From the NCBI GenBank assembly GCA_016188825.1, contig JACPHA010000019.1, forward strand, positions 3,414 through 67,413: a stretch of DNA of 64,000 nucleotides, read 5' to 3'. Each line of letters begins with the position of its first letter. Position 1 is the stretch's first letter. The notes beneath the pieces are model-generated. The model made no database searches. It had not been told where the DNA came from and worked only from the letters and a program-made list of their open reading frames with translations. Position numbers and translations under genes: made by a program. Shown here piece after piece: positions 1-7,455 of the stretch. Source of the stretch: Candidatus Pacearchaeota archaeon. GTDB taxonomy: Archaea; Nanobdellota; Nanobdellia; Pacearchaeales; GW2011-AR1.

Positions 1-1
1 G

Positions 2-334
2 TTAATGCTCCATTAAATCCACAACGCAATGTCTGTATCCTTCCCCAAAGCTTATTTTTTCTCTTGGCAAAAACCTGTTGATATCTGCATAGTTTATATT
101 TTCCATATTTAACTTTCTGCCATCTGGCATTATTAATGCACTATAATCTTCAGAAAACTCGAAAACTCTTCCTCTTGAAGCACATGCTCTAGCAATGCTT
201 ATCTCCAATTGAGACCATGGTGTGGCAACACAAAAATCTTTTTCAGCTATTTTTACCATTGCCCTGTATAATTTTTTTCCTGTTGCTCTCCCGTAGAGTC
301 TAATGCATCTCGCCTCTAAAGTTTTTTTGTTCAT
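2..334 (-). CDS. hypothetical protein
   Basis: ORF 2..391 overlaps tRNA-Gly; the likely start is the ATG at 334 (MNKKTLEARC). No motif recognised. Confidence 0.5.
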   Translation of the reverse strand: MNKKTLEARCIRLYGRATGKKLYRAMVKIAEKDFCVATPWSQLEISIARACASRGRVFEFSEDYSALIMPDGRKLNMENINYADINRFLPREKISFGEGYRHCVVDLMEH

Positions 335-342
335 TTTTAAAA

Positions 343-413
343 TGCGCCGTAGGGGAATTGAACCCCTCTCTACTTCGTGGAAGGCAGTCATTCTACCGAT
401 AAACTAACGGCGC
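343..413 (-). tRNA. tRNA-Gly(TCC)
   Basis: GCGCCGT/ACGGCGC acceptor stem, anticodon loop CT-TCC-AC, T arm AGGGG-TTCAATT-CCCCT. One G.A mismatch in the anticodon stem; no encoded CCA. Confidence 0.9.
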
Positions 414-439
414 ATTAAAATTATTAATTACAAAGGGTT

Positions 440-769
440 TTAAAGATTATCCTTCTTATAATGACGTTTTCTGTGGCAATTAGCACATAATACCTCACAT
501 TTTTCTAGTTCTTCCCTTATTCTTGGAATAGAATATCCATTCGCGACCATGTAAGATATTTCAAATTTTTTATCTTTTTTGTGATGGAATTCTATAACGG
601 CTGGATGATTTTCTGAGCAGACTTTGCATTTTAGACTTTTTTTGTAATGCTCAATCCATTCTCGAATTTTTTTCTTTCTTATTCTAACATATTTCTTCTC
701 AGATTTTTTATGACTTATATACCATTCTCTCCTATACTCTCTTCTTCTTTCAATATTTTTAAACGGCAT
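440..769 (-). CDS. HNH endonuclease (zinc-binding, homing-endonuclease-like)
   Basis: CKVC...EFHH...KCEVLCANCHRKRH motif after a basic helical N-terminus. Confidence 0.85.
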   Translation of the reverse strand: MPFKNIERRREYRREWYISHKKSEKKYVRIRKKKIREWIEHYKKSLKCKVCSENHPAVIEFHHKKDKKFEISYMVANGYSIPRIREELEKCEVLCANCHRKRHYKKDNL

Positions 770-847
770 ATTTTTTTTATCGGTTTCGAACCTTTTAATA
801 GTTTGTATCCCCTAATTAAATAATACAAGTTACTAAAGTTTTTTGAG

Positions 848-884
848 TTGGAAACCAGACATTCTGCCATTTAACTAACAGCGC
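848..884 (-). pseudogene. 5' half of a second tRNA-Gly(TCC)
   Basis: GCGCTGT-TA-GTTAAATGGCAGAAT-G-TCTGG-TTTCCAA ends at the anticodon loop. No matching 3' half was seen in the window. Confidence 0.75.
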
Positions 885-942
885 TTGTTTTTAGATATTT
901 TGTAGTTTTTTAAATGTTTAGAGAATTCAAGGATTTTCAAAA

Positions 943-1017
943 CGCTCTCGGAAGGATTTGAACCTTCGACCCTTGGGTTAGGACCCCAATGCTCTATCCG
1001 GACTGAGCTACGAGAGC
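943..1017 (-). tRNA. tRNA-Arg(CCT)
   Basis: GCTCTCG/CGAGAGC acceptor, TTGGG-GTCCTAA-CCCAA anticodon arm (unusual G32), GAAGG-TTCAAAT-CCTTC T arm. Confidence 0.93.
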
Positions 1018-1066
1018 TTATTTGAAATGAGAATTTTGTTTATTTAAATTCGCTTGTAAGAAAAAA

Positions 1067-1086
1067 TGCAGGGGGGAGGATTCGAA
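1067..1086 (-). pseudogene. tRNA 3' fragment (T loop plus acceptor 3' strand, Leu-like)
   Basis: TTCGAATCCTCCCCCCTGCA followed by a T-run; the upstream part is replaced by a hairpin array. Confidence 0.55.
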
Positions 1087-1090
1087 ATAC

Positions 1091-1204
1091 AAACTTTTTA
1101 GAAAAAAGTTTCTATGAGTTCAAAACTACAATTAGATTTGCCTTACAAATCTTATTTGCCATAGGCACAATTCCTGCGGAATTGAAAGGATTCTTCGAAT
1201 CCTT
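1091..1204. repeat. array of five short-loop hairpins
   Basis: AAACTTTTT/AAAAAGTTT, AGATTTG/CAAATCT, TGCC/GGCA, AATTCC/GGAATT and AAGGATTC/GAATCCTT in tandem. Confidence 0.8.
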
Positions 1205-1207
1205 AAA

Positions 1208-1291
1208 TGCGGGGACTAGGATTCGAACCTAGGCAAGCACTGAGCTAACGCGTCTTGAGCGCGTCCCGTTTGACCACTCCGGCATCCCCGC
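1208..1291 (-). tRNA. tRNA-Leu(CAA)
   Basis: GCGGGGA/TCCCCGC acceptor, ACGCG-CTCAAGA-CGCGT anticodon arm, long variable arm, CTAGG-TTCGAAT-CCTAG T arm. Confidence 0.95.
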
Positions 1292-1343
1292 CCCGATTTA
1301 GAAATATAGAAACCTTTTTAAATCAAACTATTGATAAAAAAAT

Positions 1344-1457
1344 GAAAACGGCCATAGTAATCTGGAAATACCTCTTCCCATTCCGAACAGAGAAGTCAAG
1401 CAGATTACGTCTGCTGCATTAGTCTCCCACAAGAGGCGAAACACAGATGCTGTCTTC
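1344..1457 (+). rRNA. rrf: 5S rRNA (not adjacent to 16S/23S)
   Basis: CCCATTCCGAACAGAGAAGTCAAG loop C signature; ends GAAAACGGC/GCTGTCTTC pair; about 114 nt. Confidence 0.88.
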
Positions 1458-1503
1458 TTTATTTTTTAGATTTCTTTAAATATTGCTTCTTCTTTCATTA
1501 ATT

Positions 1504-1761
1504 ATGAAAACAAAATTTTCGAGAAAGGAAGCAGAAGAAAAGATTAATGGATTTTTTAAGAAAGAAAATTTTTCTGCTGATGAAGTCAAGAAAATAAAAA
1601 GAATTGCTATGGAATTTAACATAAAACTTGGAAATCATAGAAAATTGTTTTGCAAGAAATGTTTGAATAAACTGAAAGGAAAAATTAGAATTAATAAAAA
1701 TTATAAAACAACGATGTGTGAAAATTGCGGATTTTTAAACAGACATAAAATTGGTTATTGA
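1504..1761 (+). CDS. rnp4: ribonuclease P protein Rpp21-like zinc ribbon
   Basis: RIAM..NIKL...RKLFCKKC and CENCG zinc pairs. Confidence 0.75.
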   Translation: MKTKFSRKEAEEKINGFFKKENFSADEVKKIKRIAMEFNIKLGNHRKLFCKKCLNKLKGKIRINKNYKTTMCENCGFLNRHKIGY

Positions 1762-1971
1762 TATTATTATAAAGAGGACTTAATAATTATTAATGGGAGT
1801 CAAAAATAATAACCAATGAAGATTCTTTGTTTTCAATCATTACTAATAATTTACGAAGATAAATATTTACATTAATCATAACCAAGACATGCAATTAATT
1901 ATCTAGAACGAAATGTATGCTCTCTGCTAATTTTTCTTTACACTTCTTTATACATCAGAATGTATGATTCA

Positions 1972-3003
1972 TTATTCTTCTTCAAATAAAGTTGAGAGTG
2001 TTTTTTCTTTGAATGCCTTGAGGAATGTTATGAAATAGGCAATTATTAATGGCCCGATTAGCAAACCAAGAAGACCAAAAACAAGCAATCCGCCGACCAT
2101 TCCAATTAATGCAATAACTTGGGATAATTGTGCTTTTTTTGAAACAAAATATATTCTCATTATGTTGTCTATTGTTGAAACAAGCAAAAGGTTATATAGA
2201 ATATATGTGATTGCTAATGTCGGCGTTGAAGTGGCTAATAAATAAATTGCTATGGGAATATAAACAAAGGCTGGACCGATAAGGGGAATTATGCTAAGAA
2301 TGACTGCTAATAAAGTTAATACCAGCGCGTTTGGAACGTCAAATAGGAATAAACCAAGCCCTGCAAGGATTCCCTGCACAATGCCTATTACAATTTGGCC
2401 GTAAACAATTGAGTCTGTAATATCTTTGAATTGTTTCACAAGCACTCTTTCATGGGCTTTGTTGATTGGAGAGATCCCAGAAATAAATTCTGTCAGTTCT
2501 TCTGAATCGCGCAGGGCAAAAAAGAACACGAAAGCAACTAAAACTATCTTCAATAGTGTGTTACCGAAATTCAGAAGGAAATCGGTGAAAGAGCTTATTA
2601 CGAAAGAACTGAGCTTACTTACTGCGTTGTCAGCTGTCAGGGAAATTTGATTGACTAACTGATCTGAAGCAGTCGGCAAAAAGTCTTTTATCAGTGTTCC
2701 CACATCTAGCTTTTGCGATAAAAGGAAAAGGTCAAAGACTCGCTGGATTATTAGAGGAATTAGAAACCAGAGAGGAAGTATGATCATTAATAAAACACAA
2801 ACGCAGACTATTATTGCTGAAATGGTTTTATATCTGAAAATTCTTAAAATAAAACTATAAACGGGGAAGAAAACATAGGCCAGAATTAATCCGGCAACTA
2901 TCGCAAAGAAAATAGGCTTTACTATGAAGAAAACTAAAATCCCAAGTAATATTATCAGCAATAGCAAAGAAAATCTTCTTAAATCTGTTTCTGTGAATTT
3001 CAT
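1972..3003 (-). CDS. AI-2E family membrane transporter
   Basis: Multi-TM protein with IPLIG, IDN.MR and GG...FG..GL.IGP motifs. Confidence 0.88.
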   Translation of the reverse strand: MKFTETDLRRFSLLLLIILLGILVFFIVKPIFFAIVAGLILAYVFFPVYSFILRIFRYKTISAIIVCVCVLLMIILPLWFLIPLIIQRVFDLFLLSQKLDVGTLIKDFLPTASDQLVNQISLTADNAVSKLSSFVISSFTDFLLNFGNTLLKIVLVAFVFFFALRDSEELTEFISGISPINKAHERVLVKQFKDITDSIVYGQIVIGIVQGILAGLGLFLFDVPNALVLTLLAVILSIIPLIGPAFVYIPIAIYLLATSTPTLAITYILYNLLLVSTIDNIMRIYFVSKKAQLSQVIALIGMVGGLLVFGLLGLLIGPLIIAYFITFLKAFKEKTLSTLFEEE

Positions 3004-3145
3004 ATTTTAAGTAATTATTAATAATATATAAAGTTTCTTGCCTCCTTATTGGCCTGATAAAAAATTTTCATTAGTTATTTTTAGACGCTTCGCTTAATAT
3101 AAATTTTTTCAAAAAATTTATAAAGTATTTCTCGGAATATATGGG

Positions 3146-3850
3146 ATGGAAAATTTCATTAGAAAAATTTTTTCTGACAAAACTGATGATGAAGTGCATT
3201 TTGAATTTATCAGATTCGGAAGAGGTGTTTACGAAAATAAATATCTGCTTGAAGGAAAGAAGCAAAATAACGGATGGAAAATAAAAACAAGCAGCGAGTT
3301 TGTAAATTTTTTAGTTAAAGGTTGTTTAATGAAAATTTCTCATGAGATTGAAGTTTCTGGAATTATTGTTTCAACTTTAGATATAGAAAAAGATACCGGT
3401 TTTGAAATTGAAAATGTTAAGAAGTATATGGGAATAAAACAGTTTGTTATTAAAACAAGAACAAACGCAAGAAAAATATTAGAATTGATGAATAAATATC
3501 CTAGAGCGTTTTATGCATTGTCTTTTTCCGGGAATGATTTTGGGTTGAAAATAAAGGCGAAGCCGCCGAAAAATGGAAAGCAAAGCAACAAAGGAGAAGA
3601 TAAGCTAAGCTCGGATTTCTGCTCTTTGAAAACTCAAGATAAAGAAATTGTAGAAGATTTATTTTTTGATTTTCCTGATTTTAATGAAATAAGAATAAAG
3701 CATATAGTTCAAATAAAAGATATTGAAATTCCTAAAAATATTCAAGATCCGAAACAGATGAGAGAGACGGCAAAAAGGAAAGGAATTATAAAAAGAATTA
3801 TTAATGTTGATGGAAGAGAAGAAATAAAAGAGAAGGAGTTTTTTGTTTGA
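3146..3850 (+). CDS. hypothetical protein
   Basis: 234 aa ORF with an upstream TATA-like element; no function recognised. Confidence 0.75.
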   Translation: MENFIRKIFSDKTDDEVHFEFIRFGRGVYENKYLLEGKKQNNGWKIKTSSEFVNFLVKGCLMKISHEIEVSGIIVSTLDIEKDTGFEIENVKKYMGIKQFVIKTRTNARKILELMNKYPRAFYALSFSGNDFGLKIKAKPPKNGKQSNKGEDKLSSDFCSLKTQDKEIVEDLFFDFPDFNEIRIKHIVQIKDIEIPKNIQDPKQMRETAKRKGIIKRIINVDGREEIKEKEFFV

Positions 3851-3901
3851 TAGTTTTTGTATCATAATAATATTTAAATAATTTAAAGCAAAAATTATTA
3901 A

Positions 3902-4405
3902 ATGAGAAAATATAGTAGTCTACCAGCTAAAATTTTGATTGGTGTTGCTGGAATATTTAATTCTCAAGGATGTGGGAATAATTGTGAGAGAGGATCCGGG
4001 CCTAATTATAGTCTGGGCTTTAATTCTCCCTTTGTAAATATTGAATTTGGGGGTGGTTCTCTGTGTGATCTCTGCATCCTTGGAGGAGCCATGCCAATAG
4101 AAGGAACTTATTCAATTTCTTATTCTAATGAAACAAAAGGCACTGTAGCGGTGCGAGATGGCAGAATATTTTTTTCAGATAATCTCTCTTATGAATTATT
4201 TAGAGGAAGCTTTAATGCTAAAGATACTAATTTAGAAGGCGACCCATGTACGAATTGCCATTGCCCATCCAATGGTTTTGTAATTAGCGGATGTTTTGAT
4301 ACAAGAAAAACTTTTAGTGGTAGAATTCAAGATGTAAATTTTTGTAGAGTAACTAGTATTACAACTTTCTCAGGGCGTTTAATTGAAGATAAAAATACAG
4401 ACTAG
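3902..4405 (+). CDS. putative Cys-rich lipoprotein
   Basis: Signal-like N-terminus ending SQGC; several Cys pairs. Confidence 0.6.
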   Translation: MRKYSSLPAKILIGVAGIFNSQGCGNNCERGSGPNYSLGFNSPFVNIEFGGGSLCDLCILGGAMPIEGTYSISYSNETKGTVAVRDGRIFFSDNLSYELFRGSFNAKDTNLEGDPCTNCHCPSNGFVISGCFDTRKTFSGRIQDVNFCRVTSITTFSGRLIEDKNTD

Positions 4406-4962
4406 TATTCAATCCCTTTTCTTGCTAGAATTCCTTTGTCGTAAGGATGCTTTATTTTTTTAATTTCTGTTACCAAATCGGAAAGTTCAAAAATATTTGG
4501 GAAGGGCTTGTGTGAACCTGTAAGAATTAATTCTTTGTTTTTTGGCTTGTTTTTTATTAGCTCAATTACTTTTTTTTCTTCAAGCAAACCAAGCTGAATT
4601 GCATAAAGGATTTCATCAGCAATAATAATATCATAATCTTTTTCAAGACAAGAGACAAGGTAAGAAAAAGCCTCATTCACTTTTTTTTTGTGCTCTTCGT
4701 AATTTTTTCCCTTCACATACCAGTCACCTAAACCAAACCTTTTAAAGGAAAAATTCTGAAAGGTTTGCAAAGCTTTTATTTCTCCCGGGATTTGCTCTTC
4801 TAAACTAGAAGCACCGTTTTTCATGAATTGAACAAGATGAACATTAAAACCATTTCCGCATGCCCTTAAAGCTGTTCCTAGGACAGAGGTTGTTTTTCCT
4901 CTTCCGTTTCCCCAAAATGTCTGTACTAAACCGGGTCCTTTAATTTCTTTTTTTTCTTCCAT
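4402..4962 (-). CDS. cobO: cob(I)yrinic acid a,c-diamide adenosyltransferase (CobO/BtuR family)
   Basis: GNGRGKTT P-loop, VQFMK, DE, ELILTG and KHPYDKGILARKGIEY motifs. Confidence 0.92.
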   Translation of the reverse strand: MEEKKEIKGPGLVQTFWGNGRGKTTSVLGTALRACGNGFNVHLVQFMKNGASSLEEQIPGEIKALQTFQNFSFKRFGLGDWYVKGKNYEEHKKKVNEAFSYLVSCLEKDYDIIIADEILYAIQLGLLEEKKVIELIKNKPKNKELILTGSHKPFPNIFELSDLVTEIKKIKHPYDKGILARKGIEY

Positions 4963-5641
4963 TTTTTTCTTTTGATTTTAACCTTTCTCTCGTTGCTATT
5001 AAAACCTTTTCTGTTAACTTTTCAAGTTTTTTCGTGAATTCACGAGGGATTTCTGTTTTAAAATCTTCTTTTAGACCAAGCAAGAAATTATACAAAAAAG
5101 CGCTGAAGAAATACTCTGAATTTTTTGTCTGTAATTCTGTTTCTTCTAGTATAACACTCCAGTTTAAGTTCATTTTTTTTATTATGTCTGAAACATCTAT
5201 CCTATCAGATTCTCTATCTGCCATTGACTTAAATAATATAATGTCTTCTGGACTCACTACTTTAACAATCATATTAAAGAATTCATGAACTTCCCTAACT
5301 CTAAAGATTATTGTGGGGGTTAATTTAAAATAAATCAAATAATCTAAAAATAAATCAAATCTTGCTTCACCCAAATCGAGCATTGAGGATACTTTTTGTC
5401 TGTTCTCTATCTTGAACTTTGATTCTTTTGCCCCTAAGGATATCAAAGTTTCTCTAAAAGTTTCATAATCTTCTGTTTCTTTGAAAACAATATCAATATC
5501 CTTTGTGGTTTTCTTTAAATTTAGGAACATCATTGCTGTTCCACCAACAACATAACATTCTACCTTTTTCTTTAATGTTTTTCCAATTAAATTAAATAGG
5601 TCTTCTTGTTCTTTCATGTCTATTCTCTTTTTCTCTTCCAT
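4940..5641 (-). CDS. nucleotidyltransferase, AbiEii/DUF6036-like putative toxin
   Basis: VVGGTAM...TKDIDI and K...R..D..D motifs; coupled to the upstream HTH gene. Confidence 0.75.
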   Translation of the reverse strand: MEEKKRIDMKEQEDLFNLIGKTLKKKVECYVVGGTAMMFLNLKKTTKDIDIVFKETEDYETFRETLISLGAKESKFKIENRQKVSSMLDLGEARFDLFLDYLIYFKLTPTIIFRVREVHEFFNMIVKVVSPEDIILFKSMADRESDRIDVSDIIKKMNLNWSVILEETELQTKNSEYFFSAFLYNFLLGLKEDFKTEIPREFTKKLEKLTEKVLIATRERLKSKEKNGRKKRN

Positions 5642-6279
5642 TATCCTGTCTTTAGCCTTGCTAAATCATTAAAGTTTAGAGGTATTTTAACTCTCCACTT
5701 TCTTTCCAGATCTTTAAAGTCATTGGATTTAAGACCCTCTATTATATATTTTCTTCCGTTGCCTTGAAAGAGACTTTTTCTTGTCCTTTCATCCATTCTT
5801 CTAACTTTTATAATTTTCTTTGTTACTTCATATAATGCTCCTATGTTTCTTTGAAGCGTATATTTTTTTGCCAAATTGTTTAACAATCTCCAATTTTTTA
5901 CATGTGAGAATAGATTTAATGAAGCCAATACTAATCTAAAATTTCCTGAATTTACAGCTAAAACAAGAGCTTCTTCAATGCTTAGCTTTCTCCCATGAAT
6001 AAAATGATGATACGGCTCTTGGAGTTTTATTTTTGAATATTTATTTACTGTTTCATACAATCCCGGATTTCCCTTAAATTTCGACTTTAGAATTCCAATT
6101 CTATATATTCTTTTTTTTCTGCCTGCTGAATAATATTCTACATAGCCTCCTTTTCTTAATTTAGAGATTATGTTTATTGCTGTTCTTGTGCTTACATTCA
6201 GGACCCTTGCCGCAGTTTCTATAGTGCTCATTCCTTCTAGCTTTCTCACTATTTCGCTTATATCTGTTTTATTTCTCAT
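5641..6279 (-). CDS. winged-HTH protein, AbiEi-like putative antitoxin
   Basis: N-terminal HTH (ETAARVLNVSTRTAINIISKLRKGG); stop overlaps the NTase start. Confidence 0.65.
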   Translation of the reverse strand: MRNKTDISEIVRKLEGMSTIETAARVLNVSTRTAINIISKLRKGGYVEYYSAGRKKRIYRIGILKSKFKGNPGLYETVNKYSKIKLQEPYHHFIHGRKLSIEEALVLAVNSGNFRLVLASLNLFSHVKNWRLLNNLAKKYTLQRNIGALYEVTKKIIKVRRMDERTRKSLFQGNGRKYIIEGLKSNDFKDLERKWRVKIPLNFNDLARLKTG

Positions 6280-6281
6280 TA

Positions 6282-6314
6282 TACATCACTTTTAAAGTTT
6301 TATAAAGTGATGTA
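6282..6314. promoter_or_regulatory. inverted-repeat operator upstream of the AbiE-like pair
   Basis: Perfect 11 bp inverted repeat TACATCACTTT...AAAGTGATGTA next to the start codon. Confidence 0.65.
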
Positions 6315-6482
6315 AACTGACTAATATATAAACTTTTCTATTTTTTAATAATATGATTTTAATCTGTCATGAAGAAAATAAGTGTGACATAGACTACCTC
6401 ATAAATAAATTTTTCATTTTTTATCTTATAATGTTCGAACCTCAATTGTTTAATGTTTTTAGTAAGCTTTTTATATTAATAA

Positions 6483-6521
6483 TACTTAGTAATATAAATT
6501 AATATCTGATATTATTAAGTA
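6483..6521. promoter_or_regulatory. inverted-repeat operator upstream of the RHH-pilin operon
   Basis: TACTTAGTAATAT...ATATTATTAAGTA (one mismatch) flanking a TATA-like box. Confidence 0.55.
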
Positions 6522-6523
6522 AT

Positions 6524-6676
6524 ATGAAGAAAAGAATTTCGGCAACAGTAGATGAAGAAACGGATAAGGTGCTTGATTCTTTGTTAAAAGACGGTGATTA
6601 TAGGAATAAATCTCATATTATCGAAAAAGCAATTAAATTTCTTTGGGAGTTGAAAAATGCAAAACATAGGAAATAA
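6524..6676 (+). CDS. ribbon-helix-helix (CopG-like) regulator, 50 aa, not in the ORF track
   Basis: MKKRISATVDEETDKVLDSLLKDGDYRNKSHIIEKAIKFLWELKNAKHRK; overlaps the next gene start. Confidence 0.8.
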   Translation: MKKRISATVDEETDKVLDSLLKDGDYRNKSHIIEKAIKFLWELKNAKHRK

Positions 6677-7454
6677 AGCCCAACTGGGAATATGGATAAT
6701 AATTGCTGTTGTCTTAGTAGCGGTAATTATTTTATTCTACTTGATAAATGAAAGAAATCTCCCTGAAATAATTAAACCCGGAGAAAGTGAAAGCGTTTTT
6801 GATGCTGAAAGTTTTTTAAGCTCATGCATTAAGGAAAGTGTAGATGAAGTAACAGAAATTATGATTCCACAAGGAGGATTTAGAGAGCCAAGAAATTATT
6901 TCTTGTTTAATAATACAAAAGTAGAATATTTGTGCGAGAATATTGGCTTGTATAGTCCTTGTATAAACCAGCATCCATTGCTAATTGATGAAATTGAAGG
7001 TGAAATAAAAAAATACATTGAGCCAAAATTAATTGAATGTTTGGATGAAATGAAAAGAGAATTTGAGAGCAGAAGAAGTAGGGTTGTATTTAATGACGAT
7101 GCTTCTCCTGAAATTAATATTAATCTTGCAGAAGACAAAATAATTATTAATGTTAAAAAGAAAATCAGCGTAACGAAACAAGGAGAGACAAGAAGCTTTG
7201 AGAACTTGAATGTTGAAATTAAAAGTCCTATCTATAATCTTGCTAATATTGCCCGGGAGATAGCTTCGCAAGAAGCGCAGTATTGCTATTTTGAATATGT
7301 TGGATACAGTTTGTCTTATCCGAGGTATGAAATAAGAAAGTTTGGGACTTCAGAGCCAACTAAAATTTACACAATTAAAGATTTGAAATCTGGAAAAGAA
7401 ATGAACATTGCGATAAGGAGCTGTGCGATACCTGCGGGATTGTCTGGAAGATAA
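6657..7454 (+). CDS. class III signal peptide (pilin-like) protein, paralog A
   Basis: NKA/QLGIWIIIAVVLV prepilin-type leader; Cys pattern shared with 13368..14138. Confidence 0.8.
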   Translation: MQNIGNKAQLGIWIIIAVVLVAVIILFYLINERNLPEIIKPGESESVFDAESFLSSCIKESVDEVTEIMIPQGGFREPRNYFLFNNTKVEYLCENIGLYSPCINQHPLLIDEIEGEIKKYIEPKLIECLDEMKREFESRRSRVVFNDDASPEININLAEDKIIINVKKKISVTKQGETRSFENLNVEIKSPIYNLANIAREIASQEAQYCYFEYVGYSLSYPRYEIRKFGTSEPTKIYTIKDLKSGKEMNIAIRSCAIPAGLSGR

Positions 7455-7455
7455 A

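Noticed and set aside
335-391. N-terminal extension of ORF 2..391
   Set aside because: It overlaps tRNA-Gly; the ATG at 334 is more plausible.
780-795. GGTTCGAAACC as the T arm of the missing tRNA-Gly 3' half
   Set aside because: Only 2 bp of stem and no acceptor strand follow; it sits in the likely HNH promoter.
4402-4962. cobO as evidence of cobalamin biosynthesis
   Set aside because: No other cob/cbi genes are nearby; a salvage role is sufficient.
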